DNA of 64,000 nt, from positions 21,886,001 to 21,950,000 of the forward strand of contig OZ281494.1 of the NCBI GenBank assembly GCA_965637545.1. Reading direction: 5' to 3'. The position numbers were made by a program, and so were the translations under genes. Position 1 is the stretch's first letter. Every line of letters begins with the position of its first letter. Positions 38,720 through 50,385 of the stretch are shown here, piece by piece. Under the pieces are notes generated by a model. It ran no database searches and had not been told where the DNA came from. It saw nothing but the letters and a program-made list of their open reading frames with translations. The DNA comes from Phallusia mammillata. Its lineage: Eukaryota.

Positions 38720-39374
38720 GTAACATATAAAAAAACCGTCAGTTTGTACCTATTTAAACTATATCGAAAGTCAATTCAAAAACCAACGGTTTAGGTCGTG
38801 TTTTGAACCATGGTTTGCATATTAGGCCAAAATATTAGTAACGTCCCGATAACACGCAATGGTAAAAGCGCGGAACGTCACACGAGGGAAGAATTGAAAC
38901 GTGTTTCCCAAAGGCCTCCAACAAGCAGTCCACACTGTTACATCGCCATTGTACAAATTATTAAGTTTTCTATGTTTCCCGCCAGTAGCCTTAACTCTCT
39001 TGTATGGCGCAATGTTTTGCAACCTGGTGACATTATCTATCACACAATCGGTGCTTATGATGTCACTACCTTGGCATTGTTTTACTGAAGTCACGACTTG
39101 TAAGCGTGGCTGCCTCGTGTTTATTAGCAACTGGATGTTATAGAGGCAGCATGCTTTATTTAATTGACTGGTTATGTTTGTTTCTTTGGTAACGAATAGG
39201 AAATTTGTGCTAACCGAACTGTTGCCGGTCGTCCAATGTGTAATTGTGCATTTCTGGCCCACGGATCCCACACCGTCGTCAGCCAACTTGCTGTTGCCGT
39301 AAATAACTGTATTATTCCGGTAAGCTTGTTGCCTAAAGTCTCGCAGTTCGTTACTGATGTGTTTTGGTGGTGTT

Positions 39375-40860
39375 TATTATGGGCCCCCTTCCTTGAAGGG
39401 GACACATATTGTTTTTGTCCGTATTTTTTTTTCTTTTTTCTGTCTAACGCTGGTTTGTGAGACGCGTTTGGTAAAGAACGAGTGCTTTAAATTTATTCAA
39501 ATTTACAGAGATGTTAGTTAATAATCCAAATTTGATCCTCCTGAAGTTCGACCCCGATTGACCCAGCGGTTCACCCACAGGCCCCCAAAACGTAAATTTT
39601 TTAAAACGGCTGTACTGACTAAAGTACAGCATCTTGGAGTTTCATGCTTTGTTGTTTAGTGCAATGTAAGGTTTTTAAAGAATTTTGTATCTTTTTTGGG
39701 GGTTCACCCATTTTTCACCCTTTAAACCCCGAAATAATCGGTTTTAGTTTTAGGCCAGAAAAACAAGCCCCATGGTGCAGAAATATTTAAAAATTTTAAC
39801 AATTGTTTAAGCAGGGTATTCGTTTGGTATTCAAAATTTTGCCAGTTACCTTTGCAACCCATAATATGTGTACGCTATCAGTCAGATATAAGTCCCAAGG
39901 GAGGAATTCACGGGTTTACGATTAAGGCGGCAGAGCGGGAGTGCTCGGCTTGACGTCCGGACAGACGTTTAACGAGACAGTCGTTTGGGTGATTAGAAAT
40001 CAGCTGTTTTTTGTACAGCAATGCTGTGTCGTTTTATGGAGTTATCACACGCATTTTCAGTTTTGGCGAAGGTTTTACACCTAAGACGTACCTTAAACTC
40101 GATAAACGTACTTCGGTTTCGTTTATGTCAGGCAAAACGTCGTTGATCAACATAAATATGAAAAACTAAACTTAACTTTTTCGAACGCCGGGATAAATGC
40201 TCTTTAAATTCTCGTTGTCAGCTTGGCCGTCGCATAACCACAGGTCACTAAAGGTCAACTTGTAGGAATTGCAACACAGTTAAGAATTTTTTGTCATAAC
40301 GTATCTTCTTTATTTTTGACAAATTAATTCAAGAATTAGTACTTAAGTCATGTATAAATTAGGCTAAACGGTATTGTTGATCACTAAGAACTGCATGCTG
40401 ATAAAAAAAACAAGTTGTTATGTATACCTTTGTAGCAAACGACTTTTTTTTACACAATGTTTCATATAACAGTTAAGGCTTTCTAGGAAAATTTGTGTTA
40501 AAAAAAACTGAACTTGAACGACAATATCAAGGTCAAAGCAAGAGATTAAATTGAAAGTATATTCCCCATACTTTTTCATCGATTTTTTGTAATTATGTGA
40601 CAACAATGATGCAAAAAGAATACAGACAAAAACTTTTGAAGTTAAGTTAGTGCTTTGTTAAAAATTCGTCCTTAAGAATCTAAAAATAACCGCAACATTT
40701 GTTTACCGTAAATCCGCATAAACACGCGTGTGGGGACCCATTCGTTTTTGCTTGCAAAAACAATGATATATGTAAATAAAATTGTGTATAATGTAGTAAA
40801 TTGGTAAATATCGTATAGAATATATAAAATGGAAGTATATCAGTAAGCCACTTTTTTAGT
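39375..40860 (+). mobile_element. Helentron/DINE-1-like non-autonomous element
   Basis: ATGGG(C/T)CCCC with an adjacent CCCCTT..AAGGGG hairpin at the 5' end, inverted GGGGACCCAT at 40732-40741, then hairpin TTTTTGCTTGCAAAAA. No TSD seen. Homologous copies occur elsewhere in the window; ends approximate. Confidence 0.55.
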
Positions 40861-41228
40861 TGAGATTGATGCTGTATTTGCAGAACCTAAAATCTCCTGA
40901 TCGTTTTGAATGTTACTGTGACTCTGGTCCTATAATAGTTCGGTAAGAGTCAACTGTACTGATAATTTCTCGTCTGTTTCCTTAACTAAATTAGGGCATA
41001 TTTGCAGAAACCGCATTTGCCCTTGTACTCGTCTTGCTGCTGAACCCTCGAGCGCCATCTCTGTCCTTGGTGCCTTGGAGTTGTTGAGCGCGAGGAAAGG
41101 CGCGTTGAGAACCGTTCTAGGAATATAAGCGATCGCCCCTGCTGTGCTGTCTGGGCGCACAGAGTCACGCCCTCTACTAATTAAAAGACAACACACACAT
41201 ATAGGGTGTTTCATAGATCTTATTAAAC

Positions 41229-41547
41229 CAGTGATTCTCAATCTTATACGGACCGTGTACCACCTGACAACTTTTTTTATCACTGCGTACCACCTCCCAA
41301 AACCTGTTTGAATGGATAGACCAATAAATAGGCCCATTTTCTCGCCCTGACATAGTTTAGCATATTCCGTAATTTTAAAAGACTTTACAAGACACAAGTT
41401 TCGCCCAAACCAGGACTGATCAATTGAGTCAGTTAAGTTGCAATTTTAGTTCAGACTTAAATTAGGTATGATGGAGCTGCTCGCGTACCACCGGAAAAGT
41501 CCTGGCGTACCACTAGTGGTACGCGTACCACAGTTTGAGAACCACTG
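41229..41547 (+). mobile_element. hAT MITE
   Basis: TIRs CAGTGATTCTCAATCT and AGTTTGAGAACCACTG, perfect TSD TATTAAAC. Confidence 0.93.
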
Positions 41548-41936
41548 TATTAAACGAACACATCGAAGGCAGAGCAAAGGAGACGGTAGGCGACGTTAGG
41601 AAGCGGTTTCTGCATAAAGCATGACGATAATACACTGCGCTTTAATGTAGGAAAGTAACTCAAAGCTCATCAACTGTTTTGGGAACCGGAAGAAGACATA
41701 CAACATGGGCAATCACTGTCACACATCTAAATACACAGAAGCATGAGACCACAATATGCCATTATGACGTCATATACAATGCTTCCCAAGCCATGTAGAG
41801 CGACAGCGCAGGAAACGCTGCGTAAACAAATACAACTTAAGCAACTTGACTGAAACCCAACTACACGTGCAGTACAAACATTACAAAGCGAAATGACATA
41901 TTAGGTCATTGCAGTGAAGTTCGCATTAATTATAGT

Positions 41937-43400
41937 AATTATGGGTCCCCTCCCCTGAAGGGGACACATATTGTTTTTGTCTATATATTTTTTCCGTCTA
42001 ACGCGGATTTGTTCCCACGTTTTAGGCAAGAAAGAATAGTTCAAACTTTTTCAAATTTACACACATTATACATATTGGTCTAAAGATGGTCCATGTGAAT
42101 TTTGACCCCGTTTGATCCCTCGGTTCACCCCACAGCCCCCCAAAACGTGAATTTTTTTAAACGGCTATACTTGCTAAAGCAGATGATTCTGGAGTTTCAT
42201 ACTTTTTTGATTGGTACATTGCAGCGTATTTTTAAGTATTTTGTAACTTGAAGTTGTATATATCCATTTTAACCCCTTTACCCCCAAATATTTGTTTGTT
42301 TGTTTACATATTAATGAGGTCAGAAATACAGGACTTAACCTGCTGAAATTTTAAACAGCTGTTGATAGGGTGCTCCTTGTTGACTGTTAAAAATTTTAGT
42401 GCAATCGGCTCAGTAATTACTCTTACAGCCCCAAATATGTTTTAACATGCCGTCTTTTGTTAAATTTGTGCTCTCTCAGTGCACAGCTGACGCAATGGGA
42501 GTGATTGACGATAGTGGCGCATGGAAAAAATGCCTCTGCTTCACGCATGAACGCAGTCGTCACTTGACCATTTTCTTACTGGTTGGAATTAAGATGTTAC
42601 GATATTAGTTACATTGCGCTGTAAACGTTAATATAGGTCAACTTATTCGTGTTTCGAAACGCAGAGCGACACTGCAGCACGATTTGTTACACCCGTGTGA
42701 AGGACTTCTCAAACTGAAAGCGTTAATAAAACTGTTTCAGAACAGGTTTGGGACATAAAAAGCCCAGCTAAGCAATCGTATTGTTGGTATGTAGAAACTT
42801 AACGGCCCAGGGAACGCTATGTGCGGATTAAAAATCATAATTCAGCAAACAAAGGGCTATTAAGGAAAAAAATGTTGATACTTTGTTAAAAGTTTAAATA
42901 GTTGGACTCGTCCATTTTCCACCTCGTGAAAACAACGCGCAACTCCATGTCGAAAAAAGCCCAATTCGACGCGAAAAGCGCAAACCTGCCCACTGAAAAG
43001 CGTATATCTCGGCCTCGCGTACAACTGGACGTGCCATCAGGCAGTCTTTTTGCACTGTGCAATTAAGATATGTTTGTAGATCATTTAAAAACGTTAGTTA
43101 TGCAATCGTTGTATCATGCAATATATAGGAAAACCACTATTCCAGTTTAATAATCATTGTGCCCTATTTTTACTGTTACCAAATCGCATGTGCACATGTC
43201 TGGGGACCCATCAGATTACGCTTGCAGAAACAATTATGTTAAGTGCCAGGAAAAAGATAGGGACCCAATGAAATGTAGGTGCCAAATATATATCCATTAT
43301 AAATATGGTAAATGGTATATGTGATACATCGTTAAATATGATGTAGTATGTATAAACTGGCAATATATAGGAAAACCACTATTCTAGTTCATATTTAGGA
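41937..43400 (+). mobile_element. Helentron/DINE-1-like element, second copy
   Basis: ATGGGTCCCC at 41941, GGGGACCCAT at 43202; the first ~500 bp are homologous to the 39375 copy. Confidence 0.55.
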
Positions 43401-43743
43401 ATCGTTAAACACATATATACAAAGTGATTCACCAATAATCGTCAACACGACAATAAACGCCAATCGTCAACACGCCTATTCGTCTATCTATAGATATATG
43501 TAACCGACGCACCACGGATGTTAGAAACGAAATAAACTAAACCACGTTACGTTACCACAAAAAACTGGCAGTTGATTATTACGTCACAACACGCAATAGA
43601 TTGCAACACAAGTTGGGAAAATCTATTAACACAAGAACTCACAGGCAGGTATGCTAATTTCCAAAAGGTGGCGCAACGGAGCAAAGGCTTTCACTATTGC
43701 ACTAATTGCTGACTCAGCAAATTGCTGAGCAATTACTGTCATA

Positions 43744-44140
43744 GTTGAGTTGAGTTGAGTTTATTTCGCTTGGTGAAAGAACACATAGCGACACAATTGC
43801 ACTAAAAACAATCACCAAGCCGGAAATAGCTGCGCAACGTTGAGACGTTATGGGGCGCAAAAAAAAGTGGAGGGCACAATTGGTGGATCATGGTTAAACG
43901 CGCTGCAGCTACACCGTATTATAAAGCGTTGTGTGGCAGGAGCTCACCAGAAAGTGAGTTTGGCGCACTGTGAGTATAACACGACTGGGGGGGAACGTTG
44001 GTGGGACCAGTCGAGGGGGCCCTAGAATCTAACCACCCGTGTTAGGAAGGAGGGTGGGGTTCGACAGGAAAAGAAACCACCGAAAGAAACCCTGCCGGAT
44101 AGTTTCAAGCGCCGGAAGGAAGAGCAGGGAATAAAACTCT
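43744..44140 (-). mobile_element. 3' end of a non-LTR retroelement with an (AACTC)n tail
   Basis: AATAAA followed by AACTC repeats on the - strand; a shorter homologous copy at ~24938-25022. Confidence 0.55.
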
Positions 44141-45285
44141 TACATTAATAGTATCCTTTAAACTAACTGCAGATTTTTTCATTTAACAGAGTTGGTATTG
44201 GTAATTAAATCATTTACAGTAAATGAGGATTAAAAATAATTTAAACCATTTGAAATGGTAATAAAAGTATCATTTATGAGACACATCAGGAACAAAAAAA
44301 AAACACACAAAAAAACAACAACAAAAATGCGGAAATAAATGCATTTGAATCGGTTGTCGTCAGCCCAGCTTACTCGGGACGCATGGCAAAAGGACGCTTC
44401 AAACTTGTAATTCCCCTGCAACAATAAAGAACAAAACCACAGCAGCAATTTACCAGTTCCAGGTTGTAGCCTATGCAATATAAATCAGCACATATACAAG
44501 ACTAACTTATTACTTGACGGTTTGCTGTGTTCGTCCAAAACTTATGTGATAAAAGCTTGTGAAATCTTAAAGAAAACAAAAACACTGCAAACTTGTTAGT
44601 GTGAGTGGTTAATATTGGCGTACAATCCATTTCAGTGCATATGCAAGCACGCATAAAGACAGCGCTACCAGAACCGGTGCTAGTGGATTTGAAAACACAA
44701 ACAAAGCAAAAAAAACGTGCACCAAACAAGGCATCGGCGCCGGCAAAATCATGACGCTATATTTTTATTATAAATGAACAGTTGTTGTGAGGTGAAAATA
44801 GGCTAAAAATACGCGCTAGATTTAGTCGCCTGAAATTGTTAAAATGCGCGAGAATCTGGGGTATTGTGATATTTAAAACTCGTGTGAACAGAACGAAGTA
44901 GTAAAAGGCTATGGTCCGTTGCGACACCGTTTGGAATATAGCAGGCCTGTCTGTGAGTTCTTGTGTTAGTAGCTCTACTAAGTTGTAGTGAGAAAAAGCG
45001 GTAGTCAATAGAAACCAGCAATTACTGGCAAATAAGATGTAACGATATTTAAGACATATTTGCGTATATTAACAGCTTCATGTGTAAAGTTTGGTTGTAC
45101 ACACTTCCCTTTCGTACGTAGATACAGATGCTTATAACGACACTACGAATGCCTGGAACTTACATTACAATACACTAACTCGGCGTCATCTGTATCACGC
45201 GGGCCACTGGGGCGTTTGGGGTTTCATACGCATTAGACAATTATCGTGGTTGTTTCTCAAAGGATTGCAGTTATTGCACAAACTT

Positions 45286-48087
45286 ATCATCATCATCATA
45301 TCGGGCTGGTTTCCCGGGCCAAACTCACTATGCTCCTTCACGCCTCCCTGTCCGCCATTGCATCGCTTAGATCTTCGGGTCGAATACCGACATCCTGGGC
45401 CAACTGTTGTATGTACGTCTTGTAGGGTCGGCCGGGTCTAGCTTTTCCTTGCGTTGGTGTCCATAAAATCAGATCACTGGTGACTTCTTCTTCTTTACTT
45501 CTGTAGCAATGTCCAGAGAATCTTATTCTCCTTTCTTTTGTCACTGATGATAGTTTATACAAGTTGCCGTACAGAAGCTTATTGGATGGACGTTAGCGTC
45601 CAAGCTGATGATCCATAAAGCAGTACGGTTTCCACTACGACTCTGAAAAAGTTTTTTTTATTTGTTCAGACCAGAGTTGCAAGTCGGGCCGGGCTTTTCG
45701 GGCCGGGTTCGGGTTCGGGCCGGGTTCGGGCCGGGTTCGGGCTTAGGTATTTGTGAGAAAACGGGCTTAAAACGGGCCTGACTTTACGTTCCGTGTCCGC
45801 CATTTAAAAAAACAAAATAAAATCACTCGGCTAAGAAACTCTGGCTTTGACCTAATGCCCACTCTACTCTAAAACGTATTGTTTACCCCATGGTCTACTA
45901 TTGATCATTGTGTTTGATGTCTATCTCTTTTTTCTTTCTCATCCTGTCAATCAAAATTTCGGGCCTAAACGGGCTTCGCAAAAACGTTTCGGGTTCGGGC
46001 CGGGCTTCGGGCTCATACTTTCGGGTTCGGGCCGGGTTCGGGCTCAGATTTCGGGCCCGCTTGCAACTCTGGTTCAGACAGTGCTGATTTCCAAATAGCT
46101 CTTAGCCGATTAAGTCCACGCCAAGCCTTTGCTATTCTAACGAGCACATCTTTTTCTGTCGTGGCAATGCGGCTACCCAGATATTCGAAGTCATCTACCT
46201 GCTTGAGAAGTGTTCTCTTCGCTGTTTCTATTTTCCCTGTTTGATGATAGCAGATATATTCTGTTTGGTTGCATTCGTATGCAGTCCAATCATAGCAGCT
46301 GACTCTTCCATGAAGTAGATTTTGGGCATTGGCATTGCTGTCTGATAACAGAGCGATATCATCGGCGTAGTCGGCATCGGTGATCTTTCTTGCGGGATGC
46401 CGTCTGCTTCTTGCTGGTCCTAATGTTATTCACTATGTTGATGAATAGAGTGTTTCAATACGTAGTCGAGACACATAACAAATAGAAATGGAGTATCGTA
46501 GCACACCAGATTGAATTTCGAAAAAATCGGTGTCTCCGTCGGGAGAGCGCACAATGGCCTTAGTATTCTTGTACATAATCATTATGGCTGCAACGATTTC
46601 TTCAGGGATTCCATATGCCAATAGAATCTTCTTCATTTTTCTCTGTGGACGGAATCGAATGCTTTGGAGAAGTCCACAAACAGTAAAGTTGCCGGTAGTT
46701 GCCTTGCCTTCACACCCTAAGATTATTCTTACCGTCAGGATTTGACCGACTGTTAAGCGACATTTTCTAAATCCATTTTGATTTCTTCTGAGAATCTTTT
46801 CCATTTCTGGTTGGATTCGGTTGAGCAACATAGCATTTGCAGATAGCTATCGGTGTTTGACTGATATCGCCTTTCTTCTGGAAGTGTAGTATACTGCTTT
46901 CAGTCCATGTCTGAATCGCATTGTCATAATACACTAAGTAATAGAGGAGAATATCATTGAACTTACCGGTTTTCTAAACTTTAGGTGGAATTTGGTCAAG
47001 ACCGGAAGCTTTCCTGTTTTTAGTTTCTTCAAGACAGGTTCCAATTCATTTTTATTAAATGGACCAATTTTTATTGTTAGCTGTAGCTCGGAATCGGATT
47101 CGTTTTTGATGGGTGCATCTGTTACTATTGGCTGTTTGCCTAGCAGGTTTTAGAAATCGTACTTCCACTTTTGCGGTCGTTCGTCTTGGCTGTTTTCTTT
47201 GATCTTGGCCTTGGTAACTCTTTTTCTGCCTGAAATGTCATTGACTGTTTGCCATGCTAGCGTTGATTGTTTGTTTTCGGTAGCTTTTGTGATCATATCG
47301 ATTTGTGACTGCACGTAATTATGTTGTTCTTTGAGATATGTATCTTGGAGTTCTTTCTGTGCAACTTTTTGTTTTCTGATGTTTCTTTTTTTATTAGTAC
47401 GTATGTTTTTAATTTGTGCCAGTCTGCTGACCTCTGTTCTTTTAGCCTGAATCAGTATATTTTTCCATGGTAGATTATGTTTCACTTTCTCTTTTTTTGG
47501 TATCAGTGATTCAGCAGTTTCATTGTGAGCTTTGACAAAGTTTTTATACGCGACTGCTACATTGTAGTTTTTATTGCCACCATCCGTTTGTCGTATATCG
47601 TAGCGATTTCTCACTGCAACGCTGAATTGGTTTTGAAGTTCCACACTATCGAGTAGTAGCTCCCAGTTGTATTTTGTATTTGGTTTAGATCTTTTCTTAT
47701 TTGCACGCAGGCTGAGTTTAATATTCATTGTGACCATGCGATATACCTCCCCCGGTGTGGTAGGCTTCGCAGTTCTTGACACTATTAATCCATTTTTTAT
47801 TTATGATCATGTAGTCCAGTAGCACGTTGTGGCCATTGGGATATGTGAACGTCCAGAGTTTTCCCATCAGACCATTTTCAATTAGGAAGTGTTCTAGGTG
47901 TTCGTTTCTATTTGATGTAGTATGGTATGTGAATTTGTGACATTGGTTCTTGCCTAATTGTGCATTGAAATCACAAGCGATGTTGTGTTTTGGTATGGAT
48001 CTGATGAGTTATGAAAGATCGTCATAATAATCTGTTATATCTTGCTCTTTGGTAGTGTTGGTTGGACTGTAGCACGATAAGATGCTC
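45286..48087 (-). mobile_element. RTE/RTEX-clade non-LTR retrotransposon ORF2, frameshifted, 5' end lost in the assembly gap
   Basis: APE motifs (YSPT, PKHN..CDFNAQ, LLDY) and RT motifs (NQNGFRK, VDFSKAFDS, DYADDIALL, FEYLG), C-terminal RFSGHCYR...LWTP...GRP, and an (ATG)n tail at 45286-45299. Confidence 0.92.
45672..46071. mobile_element. hAT (Ac-like) MITE inserted into the RTE element
   Basis: TIR CAGAGTTGCAAG, perfect 8-bp TSD GTTCAGAC, dense subterminal TCGGG(C/T) repeats. Confidence 0.93.
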
Positions 48088-48287
48088 NNNNNNNNNNNNN
48101 NNNNNNNNNNNNNNNNNNNNNNNNNNNNNNNNNNNNNNNNNNNNNNNNNNNNNNNNNNNNNNNNNNNNNNNNNNNNNNNNNNNNNNNNNNNNNNNNNNNN
48201 NNNNNNNNNNNNNNNNNNNNNNNNNNNNNNNNNNNNNNNNNNNNNNNNNNNNNNNNNNNNNNNNNNNNNNNNNNNNNNNNNNNNNNN
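48088..48287. other. Assembly gap (200 N)
   Basis: Run of exactly 200 N; true length unknown. Confidence 0.99.
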
Positions 48288-48374
48288 AACACAATACACG
48301 GACTTGAAGAGTAATTCAATCAAAAGCATAACTGCCAGAGAACTTGTGTAAATAGAATATGTTATGCAAACGTT

Positions 48375-48502
48375 TCAACAAACACTGTTTTTCAACGCCA
48401 CCCTTCTAATCGCCAGTTCCGTGCCACTGTCTGGGGCGTCACTTTTCACACACCTGGCATTCAAATGCTTTATATGCCGTGTTCTACAGCTCGATTGACA
48501 AC
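48375..48502 (-). CDS. Candidate terminal exon 2 of the short-collagen gene (GCQSSCRTRHIKHLNARCVKSDAPDSGTELAIRRVALKNSVC*)
   Basis: Acceptor cagtgcag before 48502, phase-compatible with exon 1, open for 41 codons to TGA, and locally GC-richer than its flanks. No homology recognised. Confidence 0.35.
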
Positions 48503-48566
48503 CTGCACTGATGATGACAACAGTGATTGTTGAAAATTTTGCATAATATACGTACTTCTATATAGG

Positions 48567-49469
48567 CAGGGTTGCCATACCGTCCTTATTTCTAAGATTT
48601 GTCCTTATTTTGAACGGTAGTGTCATAGAAAAGTTCAATGTCCTTATTTCTAAGAAATGTCCTTATTTTTGACTTAGTCCTTCTTTTGTCTTATTTTCAA
48701 CAATTACAAGTCAAAACCATGCTACTAGTAAACGTAAAACGAGACATTAGCGGTCGTGAGATGCGCAAGGTGTTTACTACTAGTGATGTACCGAATCGGC
48801 GAAATTTCGATTCGGCCGAAACCGAATATTCGGCGGTTTTGCCGAATAAATTCGGCCGAATCAACCGAATCATTATGACGTCACGCGAAGTCGTACGCTA
48901 CGCGTTTGACATGAAAAAAATGTTTATCTACCAGGCAATTAGTGCAGAATAGTTGTGTATCGCCCTCATTTCAGTTCTGTAGGTTTTAAAATTGCCTCAA
49001 GCATGATTGGCAACCTGTCAATGAGTTGCTAATTTTTTTGACAACAGTGGAAAACCGATAATGTGTTGAAATGTGTTGAAAAAGAAAAAAATTGACGCGA
49101 TTTTCGTTATGTTTGGGCTTTTCAAAGATTTGCGTGGTACCTTAAGCAGAAAAGACACGTTTAACGCTTTACATTTATGTTCGTAAAAGATTCGGTTTCG
49201 GCCGAATCGCAACAAATTATTCGGCCGAAACCGAATCTTTGCAAAAATGACCGATTCGGCCGAATAAATCCGGCAAACCGAATATTCGGTACATCTCTAT
49301 TTACTACGAGCAAGGAGTTGCTGAAACAGATTGTTTCTGGCCAAAATATTGCATATTATATGTCAGGGGACGTATAAATGCAAAGATTTATTAAAAAAAC
49401 GTTGGTTTCGTTTCGTTTTAAAATTTTTCGGTTGTCCTTATTTTTGGATTCAAGTCGATGGCAACCCTG
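48567..49469. mobile_element. hAT (Tip100/Blackjack-like) non-autonomous element containing a nested MITE
   Basis: TIR CAGGGTTGCCA, perfect TSD TATATAGG, GTCCTTATTT subterminal repeats. Confidence 0.92.
48781..49299. mobile_element. hAT (Ac-like) MITE nested in 48567-49469
   Basis: TIR TAG(T/A)GATGTACCGAAT, perfect TSD TTTACTAC, many TTCGGCCGAA palindromes. Confidence 0.93.
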
Positions 49470-49624
49470 TATATAGGCTACACAAGTACTCTGGCAGTTA
49501 TGTTTTTGATTAGACAATTACCTATTATGCGATTTAACAAAGGCAACATATAGCACAGCTACAACGAAACTCATACACAGTGATTTAAGCGTAAAGGCAA
49601 TAAACGTAAAACATTTATAGCAAC

Positions 49625-49901
49625 CTTTAGCAAATTGCAAATCAGTCTCAATATTTAGGAGTTTTGCTTCGAGTCTGATAAAGGCAGCTTTCCAAGTATC
49701 ATTGGCCCCCGGTTCTCCTTGCAAACCAGGGGGTCCGGCCACACCCGGGGGACCTCGCTTTCCTGGAGGACCAGCAGGACCTGGTATCGAATCTTCATTG
49801 CTGCTGGCGCAAGTAAGGACCACCTGGTTTGCTCCATAGCATGATAGGAAAAACTGACAAACGATTGTATAAAACGTTACAATGATGATGAGTTTGGCCA
49901 T
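49625..49901 (-). CDS. Secreted short-collagen protein, exon 1 (signal peptide + 9 Gly-X-Y triplets + coiled-coil neck); ficolin/collectin-like
   Basis: MAKLIIIVTFYTIVCQFFLSCYGA signal, GPAGPPGKRGPPGVAGPPGLQGEPGAN, then the helical neck WKAAFIRLEAKLLNIETDLQFAK. The phase-1 donor (AAAG|gttgct, 49624) sits at the same position and phase as in the pseudogene paralogue. Confidence 0.8.
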
Positions 49902-50064
49902 GTTTTTTTGACAACCGTTTTTCTAAGACTGGAAATACTAAAAATTTAGCAGTACGATTTAAGCAGTATTTTACGAGCTTTTTAAATTCCTTTTGTTTGC
50001 TTAAACTGCTGACCTACAATAACATCACCTAGTGTTACAAAATTAGCAAAGTGATGGTGTAGAC

Positions 50065-50385
50065 CAGGGGTGTGCAACCTTTGTTACTATGGGGCCAATT
50101 ACAATACCCAAAATTACATCGGGGGCCGCACCTGTGTATAACACAAGGTGATTTTACTTCGTTACATACCAAACATGCTTTAACTACAAGTAAAATTCAC
50201 ATTTGATTCTAGCCACATATTGTCAGTTCGCAGAAAAATAGCATCGGGCGCATTAGTCTGCTCGAAAACAATATAATAGTTGGATTCGTTTGTCAGTACA
50301 TTTTAAAATCAAGCGTCTCAGCGGGCCGCACAACCTTTAATCAAAGGCCGCATTTGGCCCGCGGGCCGCAGGTTGCCCACCCCTG
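50065..50385. mobile_element. hAT (Buster-like) MITE upstream of the short-collagen gene
   Basis: TIR CAGGGGTG(T/G)GCAACC. GTGTAGAC on the left; on the right the same 8-mer is displaced by 5 nt (CTCTA). Confidence 0.85.

Noticed and set aside
40884-40942. Exon-like segment NLKSPDRFECYCDSGPIIV with good splice sites
   Set aside because: Only 59 nt, no flanking exons identified, and it does not continue the FReD pseudogene.
45672-46071. Regularly spaced TCGGG/TTCGGCCGAA repeats (also at 48781-49299) as a CRISPR-like array or satellite
   Set aside because: They are transposase-binding subterminal repeats inside TIR/TSD-bounded hAT MITEs in a eukaryotic genome.
48009-48351. ORFs containing X runs
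   Set aside because: Artefacts of the N gap; only the YSPT part is real (LINE endonuclease).
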